A stretch of 64,000 bases of DNA. It comes from Candidatus Methanosuratincola verstraetei (GTDB lineage: Archaea > Thermoproteota > Methanomethylicia > Methanomethylicales > Methanomethylicaceae). Shown here one piece after another: positions 50,470-60,349 of the stretch (positions are counted from its first letter, which is position 1; the number at the start of each line of letters is the position of its first letter). The notes under the pieces are model-generated. The model searched no databases. It saw only the letters and a program-made list of their open reading frames with translations, and was not told the origin of the DNA. The stretch spans positions 256,001 to 320,000 of the forward strand of contig CP186953.1 of NCBI GenBank assembly GCA_049570475.1. Reading direction: 5' to 3'. The position numbers and the translations under genes are program-made.

Positions 50470-50545
50470 TGCGGGGATACCTCATTCGCATATATTTGAG
50501 TGTGAAGAGGCTTATATTAGAGATCTTCCAACGTTCCGGACAGAA

Positions 50546-51193
50546 GTGAAGGGGTTGTCTGAGAAGGCGGTTTACCTGATCTCCGGCGGCATGGATTCCC
50601 CGGTGGCCGCATACCTAGGCGTTATGAGGGGATGGGCTCCAGTATACGTCTACTTCGACAACAGGCCTTTTTCTGGAGAAATGGAGCTGGAGAAAGCAAC
50701 GGCGCTGGCGAAGCGGGTCGTGGAGGTGACAGGCGTCCGGGGCGAGATGGTTGTAGTGCCGCATGGCAGGGACCTCGACCTCATAGTGAACAGATGCAGG
50801 AGGAACCTCTCCTGCCTGCTTTGCAAAAGGCTGATGTACAGGAAAGCCGAGGCTCTCGCGAAGACCTATGGATGCAGAGCCATAGTGACGGGGGAGATCG
50901 TTGGAGAGCAGGCAAGCCAAACGATGCACAACCTGATCCTCAACACAGCCGTGGTCGCGATGCCCATTGTCAGACCATTACTCGGGCTAAACAAAACGGA
51001 GGTGGAAGCCATAGCCAAGAGGATCGGTAGCTATGGGATCTCTGCAATGAAGTCGGAGGGATGCTCCGCAGCAGCGGTAAAGGCAAGGACCCTAGCCAAG
51101 AAAGCAGAGATCGAGGGGGAGGAAGGGATCCTGCCGATAGCCGATCTGGTGGAATCAGGGATCAGAGAGGCAAGATCGATCCGTCTTCCCTGA
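50546..51193 (+). CDS. ThiI/TtuI-like PP-loop sulfurtransferase catalytic domain, lacking NFLD/THUMP
   Basis: ISGGMDSPVA, CLLCKR, TGE..G.QASQT, RPL, third Cys (EGCS). Confidence 0.88.
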   Translation: MKGLSEKAVYLISGGMDSPVAAYLGVMRGWAPVYVYFDNRPFSGEMELEKATALAKRVVEVTGVRGEMVVVPHGRDLDLIVNRCRRNLSCLLCKRLMYRKAEALAKTYGCRAIVTGEIVGEQASQTMHNLILNTAVVAMPIVRPLLGLNKTEVEAIAKRIGSYGISAMKSEGCSAAAVKARTLAKKAEIEGEEGILPIADLVESGIREARSIRLP

Positions 51194-52223
51194 CCTGGGC
51201 TTCGAAAGATTTTTTCGCAATTGCCTCAACAACTGATGCTTGTGGCACGATGCCAACGTTGATGCTTTTCGGGTACCCAGACTTGGTTTTTGTGTCTATG
51301 CCCATCAGGCGTGCCCAATCTTCGATGATCCCGCTTTCCAGGGCCGCCAGCGGGAATAGCACAGCAGAGTCATTGATCTTCGACTTCAATTCCGAGAGGA
51401 ACTCCAAGCTCGGCACAGGCATGCCTGTGGCGACAGCCGCAAAACCCTTGGCCCGGCAGCAGTAGGATGCAACCGCGAGCTGGAGCATGGGGCTAGGCGC
51501 CTCGCAGGGGAATACTGTTGCCTTGAGAGGAGCCCCGGTCGACCATTCAGATAGGATGGCTAGGTTCTTTGCGGTCCGCTCACTCACGACCCCATCAGGA
51601 CCAAACACGGCAGCCAGGACGGGGGATCCCCTCTTCATCAGGCACCAGGAGGCGGCAACCGATTCGAAGGACTCATCAATGACGCCAACAAAAGGATCCT
51701 GGGTCCCGATCGGGAACCCGTCCGGGCCCCTGAACGCCTCAGTGTAGAGTATCGAGGATTCGTCCCTGATCTCTATGAAGATCTCATTGTTTGGTGAGCC
51801 GAGGTCGACACTTAGATCCGGCCGCGCAGCGAGTATAGCCTCACCAACTTTGGCGGCAGCCTCCTGGCTCGTATAAGGGTGGGATCCGACCCGCCTGCAC
51901 CTGACTGCGAATGAACCTGGGGCGAACCCTCTGGAAACCAGGACTGCAGCTCCAATGATATCATCGAGCCTCGACGTTGTCATATGCCCGGGCGAGGCGG
52001 AAGATATCCCAAATATCTTTGAGGCGAGCCGGGATGCGACTCCAGGCTCCCCGGTCTTGATGTAGATCCTCCCTGCGACCCTCCAGATCTCGGAATAGGA
52101 GACCCCTTTCTCCCTCAGCCTATCCTTCAAGTACTTTAGCAGCCTCTGCTCATAGTCCCTTCTCACGCGTCTGCTCTTGATCCCGATCTCTCCACCGACC
52201 CTCACGACCACAATGCCTTCCAT
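51162..52223 (-). CDS. ThiI-like NFLD-THUMP protein with degenerate PP-loop domain
   Basis: RVGGEIGIKS, FAVRCRR, VDL..P, GPDGFPIGTQ, then IDESFES where SGGxDS is expected. Confidence 0.85.
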   Translation of the reverse strand: MEGIVVVRVGGEIGIKSRRVRRDYEQRLLKYLKDRLREKGVSYSEIWRVAGRIYIKTGEPGVASRLASKIFGISSASPGHMTTSRLDDIIGAAVLVSRGFAPGSFAVRCRRVGSHPYTSQEAAAKVGEAILAARPDLSVDLGSPNNEIFIEIRDESSILYTEAFRGPDGFPIGTQDPFVGVIDESFESVAASWCLMKRGSPVLAAVFGPDGVVSERTAKNLAILSEWSTGAPLKATVFPCEAPSPMLQLAVASYCCRAKGFAAVATGMPVPSLEFLSELKSKINDSAVLFPLAALESGIIEDWARLMGIDTKTKSGYPKSINVGIVPQASVVEAIAKKSFEAQVREDGSILPL

Positions 52224-52345
52224 AGGCTGAGCCCCGGATATTTTGATCTCAAACAGGCATTCAAATCCAAACAAACAAATACAGATGCATTCTAAAAAGG
52301 ATACGGTAAGTGCCTCAATTGAAGCCAGCAGAAAGAGGGATCAAA

Positions 52346-52981
52346 ATGGATGGCACCGGAGGGGAAATGGGCGCAAAGCTTGTCTGGTGCATGAAGGCGC
52401 TCCACGCACGGGGATTGATCACGGGTTCGGGCGGCAACGCCAGCGTCAGGCTGGGAGGGGGCGACGAGATCCTGATCACCCCGAGCGGGGTGTACAAAGC
52501 GGAACTTGAGGAGTCGGACCTTGTGAGGATGGGTCTCGACGGCAAGGTTCTCGACGGGCGGTGGAAGCCCTCGAGCGAGTGGCGCATGCACACAGAGATC
52601 TACAGGAAGAGGGGTGACGTGAACGCAGTGATCCACGTGCACAGTCCTTATACGACAGGTTTAACCATCGCAGGAAGGAATATTGGGCCAATCACGCCGG
52701 AGGTCGCGCTCATCTTGCCTGAGATTGAGGTCTTGGAATACGTGTGCCCTGGGACCGAGGATCTTGGGAGGCTGGTCGGCAGCCGGATAGCGGGCAAGCG
52801 TGCGCTCATCCTCCAGAACCACGGCGTCGTATCCGCGGGCCGCGATCTCCTTGAGGCGATGACTGCGATCGAAGTCCTTGAGGAGGGCGCGATCACCACA
52901 TTCGTCGCTTCGCTCATGGGGGGAGCAAAGGTTATCCCAAAGGAAGAGGTTGAGCTGATCAAGAGGGTTTACAAGAGGTAG
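52346..52981 (+). CDS. Class II aldolase/adducin family protein (FucA/MtnB-like)
   Basis: GNASVR, ITPSG, PSSEWRMH, HVHS, NHG. Confidence 0.9.
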   Translation: MDGTGGEMGAKLVWCMKALHARGLITGSGGNASVRLGGGDEILITPSGVYKAELEESDLVRMGLDGKVLDGRWKPSSEWRMHTEIYRKRGDVNAVIHVHSPYTTGLTIAGRNIGPITPEVALILPEIEVLEYVCPGTEDLGRLVGSRIAGKRALILQNHGVVSAGRDLLEAMTAIEVLEEGAITTFVASLMGGAKVIPKEEVELIKRVYKR

Positions 52982-52987
52982 ATACTC

Positions 52988-54274
52988 GTGTTGGACATCA
53001 GGGTGATCAGGGAAAATCCGGAAGCAGTCCGGTCGAACCTAGCCAGGAGGAACGACCAAGAAGTGCTCAGACTGTATGACGAGCTCCTTGTCGCTGACAG
53101 GGAGTGGAGGAGGCTCTTCACAGAGGTCGGCAGCCTCCGGGCAGCGAGGAACAGGGTCACCGAAGAGATAGCCCGGATGAAGAAGCAGGGGCTAGATGCC
53201 TCGGATAAGATAAGGGAAGCGGAGGAGATCCCGAGGAGGATAAAGGATCTAGAGAGCGAGATGGAGGCCCACAGGAAGAGGATGGACGAGATCCTGATGA
53301 GGCTCCCGAACATCATGGACGACTCCGTCCCCTACGGCAAGGACGACACCGAGAATGTGGTGATCAGGAGCTGGGGCAAGCCACGCGATATGCCGTTTAG
53401 TCCCAAAGATCACATTGACCTTGCGATGGGGCTGGATCTGGTCGACCTCGAGAGGGCTGCCAAGGTCGCCGGGGCGAGGTTCTATTACCTCAAAAACGAT
53501 CTTGTCAGGCTGAACTATGCATTGATAAGGTACGGCCTGGACTTCCTCGTCAGCAGGGGATTCATACCCTACCAGCCGCCTTACATGATGAAGAGGAAAG
53601 TGCTTGAGGGCGCAGTCTCGCTCTCCGATTTTGAGGACACGATCTACAAGGTGGAGGGTGAAGATCTCTACCTCATCGCAACCGCCGAGCATGCCCTTCT
53701 AGGGCTCCATTCTGACGAGATACTGGACGGGAAGAGCCTGCCGCTGCGCTACTGCGGCGTGAGCCCCTGCTTCAGGAAGGAGGCTGGCGCGCACGGCAGG
53801 GACACCAAGGGGATCTTCAGGGTACATCAGTTTGAGAAGGTGGAGCAGTTCATCTTCAGCCGGCCCGAAGAGTCTGCATCAGAGCATGAGCTCCTCATAA
53901 AGAACGCGGAGGAGTTCTTCCAGAGCCTTGGCATACCGTACAGGGTTGTGAACGTATGCAGCGGCGACCTTGGGACCGTGGCTGCAAAGAAGTATGACCT
54001 GGAGGCATGGCTCCCAGGCCAGGGGAAGTACAGGGAGGAGGTGTCGTGCAGCAACTGCACCTCTTACCAAGCAGTCAGGTCCAACATCAGGTACAGGGAT
54101 CGGCCCAATGAGCCCACAAAATACGTGCATACGCTCAACAGCACGCTGGTGGCGACCGAAAGGACGCTCGTCGCGATCCTGGAAAATTACCAGAACTCGG
54201 ACGGATCAGTAGACATACCGGAGGTCCTGGTGCCTTACATGCAAAACAAGAGCAAGATCACACCCAGAGGCTAA
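52988..54274 (+). CDS. serS: Seryl-tRNA synthetase (bacterial/eukaryal type)
   Basis: MLDIRVIR, TAEH, FRKEAG, RVHQFEKVE, SCSNC, HTLNST. Confidence 0.97.
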   Translation: MLDIRVIRENPEAVRSNLARRNDQEVLRLYDELLVADREWRRLFTEVGSLRAARNRVTEEIARMKKQGLDASDKIREAEEIPRRIKDLESEMEAHRKRMDEILMRLPNIMDDSVPYGKDDTENVVIRSWGKPRDMPFSPKDHIDLAMGLDLVDLERAAKVAGARFYYLKNDLVRLNYALIRYGLDFLVSRGFIPYQPPYMMKRKVLEGAVSLSDFEDTIYKVEGEDLYLIATAEHALLGLHSDEILDGKSLPLRYCGVSPCFRKEAGAHGRDTKGIFRVHQFEKVEQFIFSRPEESASEHELLIKNAEEFFQSLGIPYRVVNVCSGDLGTVAAKKYDLEAWLPGQGKYREEVSCSNCTSYQAVRSNIRYRDRPNEPTKYVHTLNSTLVATERTLVAILENYQNSDGSVDIPEVLVPYMQNKSKITPRG

Positions 54275-55008
54275 AGCGCCTCTATGAGGCGAGGCACCTC
54301 ACCCAAGGAAGTAGCCAGCAGATCAGCTCCGCTCTCCCTTAGGGCATCATTGAAGATCCCAATAGCCAGAGCGATGGTCTTCGCGCCCGCAGCCTTCCCA
54401 GCCTCGATATCGGTAGGCATGTCCCCCACCATTACAGCCTGATCTGGGCGGTACCCCATCTTCCTAAGGGCGAATATGATCGGGTCCGGGTGGGGCTTCC
54501 CCCTTTTGACAAGATCCCTTGAAACGACAATCCTGAAGTACCCATCGATTGAATGGCGCTTCAGCACGTACTGGGCTTCCTTGGCGCTCCGCGTGGTGAC
54601 GATGCCCATCGCAATGCCCCTGTCCCGCAGATGGTTTAGGACTTGCTTTGCCTGCGGGAAAAGGGGGGAGTCTAGGAAGGCCGCCTTGAGCGAGCGGTAG
54701 GCGAAAATAATCATGGCGACCCTCTTGTGAGGGGGCATGCCGAGATACCGGCCTAACCTCCAAAGTAGCCTGAATCCATCGAATGGGGAGTTCCCCTGGA
54801 GCAGGATCCTCCTCAAGTTCTCGACGATATACTTCTTCTTTGCCTCTGCAGCCTTGACCCCCAAGTTCTCGAGCACCCTGATAAGGATCTGTTCCATTGG
54901 GACTATGCAGTCGACGAGTGTCCCGTCCAGATCGAATAGGACTGCCGATATCACTGCAAGACACCGCAGTGAATATGCTCTTTTTGGGCGGTATAATTGC
55001 TTTTGCAT
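54271..55008 (-). CDS. HAD-superfamily hydrolase
   Basis: FDLDGTL, KPHP, VGDMPTD. True start probably downstream of 55008. Confidence 0.9.
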   Translation of the reverse strand: MQKQLYRPKRAYSLRCLAVISAVLFDLDGTLVDCIVPMEQILIRVLENLGVKAAEAKKKYIVENLRRILLQGNSPFDGFRLLWRLGRYLGMPPHKRVAMIIFAYRSLKAAFLDSPLFPQAKQVLNHLRDRGIAMGIVTTRSAKEAQYVLKRHSIDGYFRIVVSRDLVKRGKPHPDPIIFALRKMGYRPDQAVMVGDMPTDIEAGKAAGAKTIALAIGIFNDALRESGADLLATSLGEVPRLIEAL

Positions 55009-55140
55009 ATCCGGATCCCCGCTTCAATAGGGCTGGCAGGGGGATGATTCTGATCGGGCATCAGGAGGGGCACATACTCCAACACAATAAAAAAAGTATA
55101 TGAACTTCAACGGCTAGACTTTCATTGGGGCAATTCGATC

Positions 55141-55494
55141 GTGAGGATAACAAAGGATGCAACCCCAGAGGATCTAGAGATTCTAGGGTTGGCGGTGCAT
55201 GAGCTTACCAACGGGATGCCCGTGACCGCCAGGTCAAAGGAGAGGAAAGGGATAAGGATCGAGAACGGCAAGGTAGTCGACCGCGACTATACCGGACCAG
55301 TCCTCGAGGAGGTTTTGGAGAAGGGAGAGACTGTTAGGAAGGTCCCTGCGACCGGCGTCTACAAGGGCCTCCCAGTCGTGGTAGTCCCCATCAGGGAAAA
55401 CGGAGAGACGGTGGCTGCCATTGGCGTAGTCGATGTCACTTTCGGGGTCTATAGCGAGATCAACATCATCGGCCGGAGGAGACCCTTGAAGTAG
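55141..55494 (+). CDS. DUF2111 family protein
   Basis: PVTARS, DYTGPVLEEVL, G.YKG.PVVVVP, AAIGVVD. Confidence 0.8.
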   Translation: MRITKDATPEDLEILGLAVHELTNGMPVTARSKERKGIRIENGKVVDRDYTGPVLEEVLEKGETVRKVPATGVYKGLPVVVVPIRENGETVAAIGVVDVTFGVYSEINIIGRRRPLK

Positions 55495-56122
55495 AAGTAG
55501 AAGCAGAAGCAGAAGTCAACCCACGACCACGCCTAGGGAAGCTGGCCGAGAACGCTATGAACCACCCCACGGCAAGATCAATTACCCCCTGAGTAGTGTT
55601 CATTACAAAGACGAAGACTATGAAGCCCCAAATCGACCCGAAGAACATGGTGTTTATTACGTCCTCTATTGGCATCGACAAGAAGAGCGGGATCGCCCAG
55701 TAGTAATTAAGAGCCGCAGCGACAAGGCAACGGAATGCTATCGCGGCGACAGAGGCCACCAGTAGGATCGGCAACGGAAAGATCTTTGGTCCCTCGCCCT
55801 TTGCCCATCGACTGGCAAAGATGCCCAATACAGCGACCATTGCGATAGTCGAGAAGAACTTCATTGTGGCGCCCACGAAGTTTGCAAATCCAAAGACCGT
55901 GAGTATAAGATACATTCCGATTGCAGTGATCATCGAATACCTTGTGCCCAACACGAAAAATGCAAGCACAACTGGAAGTGCTACAAAGTCGATCGACATG
56001 CCCCAAGGCACCCTTAGGGGCAGCGCGCGGTTTATCAGTTCGAATACCGCAACCAGCGCCACCATGAGGGACACGACGGAAACCTTGTAAGCCCTGGACT
56101 CAAACCTGCTCATGCAGACCAC
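55466..56122 (-). CDS. ECF transporter S component-like membrane protein
   Basis: Six TM segments, IDFVALP, LNYYWAIPLF. Confidence 0.75.
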   Translation of the reverse strand: MVCMSRFESRAYKVSVVSLMVALVAVFELINRALPLRVPWGMSIDFVALPVVLAFFVLGTRYSMITAIGMYLILTVFGFANFVGATMKFFSTIAMVAVLGIFASRWAKGEGPKIFPLPILLVASVAAIAFRCLVAAALNYYWAIPLFLSMPIEDVINTMFFGSIWGFIVFVFVMNTTQGVIDLAVGWFIAFSASFPRRGRGLTSASASTSTSRVSSGR

Positions 56123-56182
56123 GCCTGTGACATAAAGTTTTCTAGAATTTAAGAGTATCTACTCAAAAAAGAGTACGAAAAG

Positions 56183-56926
56183 TTACCGAGCCTTCTTCCC
56201 GTATGGACAAACCTTGATGCACATGCCGCACACGGTCACGGCGAACTCGCCAATCCCAGGCTTCTTAGACAAGATCTCTTTCATGTTGTTCAGCCTGGCT
56301 GAACACTTTTTGGGGTCGAAGATCTCCTCCCGGGTTGAAGGCCTCGTCTTGAATTCGCGGTAGGAAAGAGCCTTGGAAGGGCATGAGAGGATGCACAAAC
56401 GGCAGTCGCCACACTTGTTGTCCATAGGGCTTCCGGAATCGAGCTCGAGATCGGTTAGCACAGTGCCTAAGCGCACCCTGGGCCCGTAGTCCGGCGTCAC
56501 GAGCAGGTTGTTACGCCCTATCCACCCCAAACCCGCTGCAAGAGCGAAGGCTTTGTGGGAGACGTGCCCCAGCTCGTTGAAAGGATCAACCCTCATGCTG
56601 GAGGGGATCGCCAACGACTCCCCTCCAAGCGAGGAGATCAACGACGCCACCCGGATCCCAATGATGTCCAGCAACTGGTTTGCGGTCTTGTAGGCCCACG
56701 CATAGAACCTGCCAGGGTCGGATTCGTGAATCAACTCAAACGCTTGCCCTGGGAGAGGCACGGCATAGGATATCGCGGACCTGAAAGTGTCCAGCCGCAG
56801 CCCATCGTAGGATGGCAGACCCTTGACTATGTCCAAGTCAGCAACCCCGACGATTGAGGCGCCAGCCTCCAATGCAGCCTTGGTGATTCTTTGGGTGATC
56901 CTACTCCTTTCCAAAGACTTCACCAC
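56183..56926 (-). CDS. QueG/reductive dehalogenase-like 2x[4Fe-4S] protein
   Basis: SHK..A..AGLGWIGRNNL, YGPRVRL, CGDCRLC..CP, CGMCIKVCP. Start moved to GTG ~56926. Confidence 0.85.
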   Translation of the reverse strand: MVKSLERSRITQRITKAALEAGASIVGVADLDIVKGLPSYDGLRLDTFRSAISYAVPLPGQAFELIHESDPGRFYAWAYKTANQLLDIIGIRVASLISSLGGESLAIPSSMRVDPFNELGHVSHKAFALAAGLGWIGRNNLLVTPDYGPRVRLGTVLTDLELDSGSPMDNKCGDCRLCILSCPSKALSYREFKTRPSTREEIFDPKKCSARLNNMKEILSKKPGIGEFAVTVCGMCIKVCPYGKKAR

Positions 56927-57035
56927 AATAGATTTCACCTGAGGCTTTTTTAAGCTTGGGGATAATGGCATGGACCCAACGATCAAAATATTGAAATTTG
57001 CCCGAATCAAGATATGACTCGGGGTGGTTACAGAA

Positions 57036-57644
57036 ATGTCATGGGATGAATGGTACAGGAAGAGGTTCCTGCCTTTCTTCAGTAGCGACTTCCCCGCGAG
57101 GTTCAGAGATCTAGACGACTGGGTGAGGGAGATGGAAGCGGAGATGGAGAGGATGTTCAGGGAATTCGAGGGCAGGGTCCCCGAGAAGCTCGTGAGGGAG
57201 AGGAAGCTTCCGGAAGGCGGCGTGATCAAGGAGATGGGTCCATTCGTCTATGGCTTTTCGGTCACATTTGGCCCGGACAGAAAGCCAGTAATCACTGAAT
57301 TCGGCAACATGAAGCCATCAGGGAGGGCACCATGGGAGCCTGCTTTCAGCCTTAAGGAAGAGAGAGAGCCGCTTGTCGATATAATCGAGGGCGAGAATGA
57401 GGTAAGGGTGGTAGCAGAGCTGCCCGGGGTTGAGAAAGAGGACATTAAGCTATACGCCACTGAAAAGACGGTCACAATCGATGTTTCAGGCAAGGAACGG
57501 AGCTACTACAAAGAGCTGGAGCTGCCGGTCGAGGTCGATCCCAGCAATTCGAAGTCGAATTACAAGAACGGAATACTCGAGGTAGTCCTAGCCAAGAAGA
57601 GGGAGAGCAAAAGGCCAAAGGGAGAGTCAATACCGATCGATTGA
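57036..57644 (+). CDS. hsp20: Archaeal small heat-shock protein Hsp20
   Basis: GPFVYGFS, EFGN, EPLVD, AELPGV, YKNGILEV, terminal IPI. Confidence 0.93.
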   Translation: MSWDEWYRKRFLPFFSSDFPARFRDLDDWVREMEAEMERMFREFEGRVPEKLVRERKLPEGGVIKEMGPFVYGFSVTFGPDRKPVITEFGNMKPSGRAPWEPAFSLKEEREPLVDIIEGENEVRVVAELPGVEKEDIKLYATEKTVTIDVSGKERSYYKELELPVEVDPSNSKSNYKNGILEVVLAKKRESKRPKGESIPID

Positions 57645-57730
57645 TTGTCCTTGCCTTATCCTTTTTTATGGCATCCGACAATTTTCCAAGTGATATCCCC
57701 TCGTATGCACCCAGATGCCCGGCAAGCCTA

Positions 57731-58555
57731 TTAGCTTTTCAACGATTTCATTATGCTCTTGAGCCTTAGGGCATCCTCCCCCATGCTAATGTTGTTGAAC
57801 ATGACGTAGACCTTTTTTGATTCGGCGAAGGTGGAAATTATCGATGCGAGCCTCGACAGATCCGAATCGGTGTATCTGTATTTGTAGTTGGTCTCATCAC
57901 CCCCCAGACCGTGTAGCCTGAAATAGACCACCTCTGACTCCAAAGCAGGGAGCCTCCTCAATGGATCGACGACATGGACAAGGGAGAGGCGCTCGCAGAT
58001 CCTGCCAACCTCTTCGGGCCTTCTGCTCCAATCCCCCCTGGGCTCCCATCCCAGCGTCAGTGAGGATCGTTCGACTTTTGAAAGGAAATCAATCATGCCG
58101 GACTTTGCCTTCTCGTTGCATCCGAAGCTTGGGGGCGTCTGTATGACCAAGAAACTGCTGCCGAGCACACGGCATTCGTCAAGAATCAGATCCCATGCCC
58201 TGAAGTTCTCTGGCGTCGGTCGCAGGTGACCCAAGCCAAGGGGGTCCCCTAATTCAGGCATCTTGCCTGCCTTCTTCCATGTAGGGCTCGAGACAGGGTG
58301 CGTTATTGCCTGCCAGGCCTTGACGGAGTACTCAAATCCTGGCGGCGCTTCCTGCCTGTACTTCTCCAAGGTCTTCGAGGGAACGGGCCTGTAAAATGTG
58401 CTCTGAAGCTCAACCACATCGAATTCGCGGAAGTATGCGTTCTTGCCTCCCCTTAGGCCCCACCCACACGCCCCGATTTTCAGCAAAGATGGATCCCTCG
58501 GAAGGATCTGGCTGTTTTGGGGCGATATCTTTTTCGAGATGCCTTGTAATATCAC
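57731..58555 (-). CDS. DUF72 family protein
   Basis: VELQSTFY, VKAWQAITH, QTPPSF, YFRLHG, FNN. Confidence 0.9.
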   Translation of the reverse strand: MILQGISKKISPQNSQILPRDPSLLKIGACGWGLRGGKNAYFREFDVVELQSTFYRPVPSKTLEKYRQEAPPGFEYSVKAWQAITHPVSSPTWKKAGKMPELGDPLGLGHLRPTPENFRAWDLILDECRVLGSSFLVIQTPPSFGCNEKAKSGMIDFLSKVERSSLTLGWEPRGDWSRRPEEVGRICERLSLVHVVDPLRRLPALESEVVYFRLHGLGGDETNYKYRYTDSDLSRLASIISTFAESKKVYVMFNNISMGEDALRLKSIMKSLKS

Positions 58556-58584
58556 ATATGCATCAGCCCGTCGAGGTGATTGGC

Positions 58585-58920
58585 ATGCCTCCGGAGAGAA
58601 GACTGGTTGTGGAGTTCAGCATCGTCACTGTGGGTACGCAAGGGACCAGCCTAAGCGAATACGTCGCAAGGGCCTGCGAGGCAGTGAAGAATTCAGGGGT
58701 GAATTATCAGCTGACCCCAATGTGCACCATATTTGAGGCGGGAAGCCTGGATCAGGCATTCGAAGTGATCAGATCTGCTCATGAGGCAGTTCTTGAAGCA
58801 GGTGCCAAGAGGGTGCTCACAAGCATCAAGATTGATGATAGGGCGGACAAGGGGAGGACCATGGAGGACAAGGTCAAGGCAGTGGAGAATAAGCTCAGTA
58901 AACAAGATCACCAGATATGA
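58585..58920 (+). CDS. MTH1187/YqgV thiamine-binding family protein
   Basis: SLSEYVA, YQLTPMCT, RV..IKIDDR; GAGGTGA SD before ATG 58585. Confidence 0.88.
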   Translation: MPPERRLVVEFSIVTVGTQGTSLSEYVARACEAVKNSGVNYQLTPMCTIFEAGSLDQAFEVIRSAHEAVLEAGAKRVLTSIKIDDRADKGRTMEDKVKAVENKLSKQDHQI

Positions 58921-59617
58921 AACGCCTAGTCCTTTGGTCCATGGGACTGTTGAAGAAGCGCTCGGTCTCCTGCACCTCCACCATCTCGCCCTCAAGAAGC
59001 AGCCCAACCCTCTTGGCCAGACGCCTTGCCTGGAATATGTTATGCGTGACCAGAACGATCGTCTTCCCTTGAAGGTTCGCGTTCCTGAGCGCGCCCTCGA
59101 TTATCAGCGTATTAGCAGGATCGAGGTTAGCGGTGGGCTCATCGAGCAGTATCAGATCAGGGTCGTAGACGAGAACGCGCGCAAGGGCGACCCTCTGCGC
59201 CTCGCCCCCGGAGAGGGTCAACGCGCTCCTTTTCGCCAGATCCTTGAGAACGACCAGGCTGAGCGCGGCCTCGACTTTCTGCCTGATTAGGTCATTGGGC
59301 AGGCCACGGAATCTTAGGCTATAAGCCACATTCTCGTAGACCGAAGCATCAAATAGCACAGTGTTTTGGAATACCATGCCCACATTTGGCCTTATCGCAG
59401 GCGCAGTTTCCTTTGTAAGCCTAGTCCCGCCAATCAATATTTCTCCGGAGTCTGGGAAGTCGAGCCCGTCGATGAGCCTGAGGAGCGTGGTCTTGCCGGA
59501 GCCGCTGGGGCCCACGATCGATATCAGCTCGCCTTGCTGGATCTCTAGAGAAACACCCTTGAGGATCTCCTTGTCAGAGTGGCGCTTTCGGATCGATCGT
59601 AACTCAACGAAAGCCAC
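58895..59617 (-). CDS. tupC: Tungstate ABC transporter ATPase
   Basis: GPSGSGKT, LSGGEAQR, DEPTANLD, context. Confidence 0.82.
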   Translation of the reverse strand: MAFVELRSIRKRHSDKEILKGVSLEIQQGELISIVGPSGSGKTTLLRLIDGLDFPDSGEILIGGTRLTKETAPAIRPNVGMVFQNTVLFDASVYENVAYSLRFRGLPNDLIRQKVEAALSLVVLKDLAKRSALTLSGGEAQRVALARVLVYDPDLILLDEPTANLDPANTLIIEGALRNANLQGKTIVLVTHNIFQARRLAKRVGLLLEGEMVEVQETERFFNSPMDQRTRRFISGDLVY

Positions 59618-59623
59618 AGCGTT

Positions 59624-60334
59624 TCACCTTCTCTTCCTGTATTTAATCTGGAGGACTGTGAGCAGCAGGTTGATGCCGAATGAGACGGTCAGCAGGATTA
59701 TGCCCAGGGCTATTGCAAGGGCGAACTCGCCCGTATTTGTGTAGAGCATTATTGCGGTGGTGAGGGCCCTCGTGTACCCGAGGATATTGCCGCCGACCAT
59801 CATTATCGCTCCCACTTCAGAGATTGCCGCTCCGAATGCGGCTATGACGGCAGCGATCAGCCCAATCCTGCTCTCCCTGAGCAGTATTGCGGCCTCCCAT
59901 AGCTTCGGCGCCGAGAGCGACTGCAGGGTTTCCTTAAGATTCGGATCAAGCCCGAGGATGGAGGAGATGGTGAGGCCGCAAACGACCGGGAAAGTCAGCA
60001 GCGTCTGGGCGAGGATCATTGCCTGCGGCGTGTAGAGTATCCTTAGGAAGCCGAGGGGTCCAGACGAGGACAGGATCAAGTACACAACCAAACCTACGAC
60101 TACTGGCGGCACACCCATGAAGGTATTTATCACCGCAACGAGCAGCGACCTGCCGCAGAAACTCCGGCTAGCGATCAGGAATCCCAAAGGCACGCCAAAG
60201 GCAGCGCCCACCATTGTCGCGACCACAGAGACCTTGAGGGAGAGGGCAGTGATCCCTAAGACCTCTGGATCAGAGGAGAGGATCAGCCCAAAAGCCTTCG
60301 AAATCCCGTCCAAGAAGATCTCAATCCCGCCCAT
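59624..60334 (-). CDS. tupB: Tungstate ABC transporter permease
   Basis: PPVVVGL, GPLG, ISEVGA.MMVGGNI. Confidence 0.88.
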   Translation of the reverse strand: MGGIEIFLDGISKAFGLILSSDPEVLGITALSLKVSVVATMVGAAFGVPLGFLIASRSFCGRSLLVAVINTFMGVPPVVVGLVVYLILSSSGPLGFLRILYTPQAMILAQTLLTFPVVCGLTISSILGLDPNLKETLQSLSAPKLWEAAILLRESRIGLIAAVIAAFGAAISEVGAIMMVGGNILGYTRALTTAIMLYTNTGEFALAIALGIILLTVSFGINLLLTVLQIKYRKRR

Positions 60335-60349
60335 CGAGCCGACCCCACA

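Noticed and set aside
56927-57229. N-terminal extension of the QueG-like ORF in the track; similar extensions at 9996, 12827, 47517, 50420 and 58396
   Set aside because: They overlap neighbouring genes or promoters, and family similarity begins at downstream starts.
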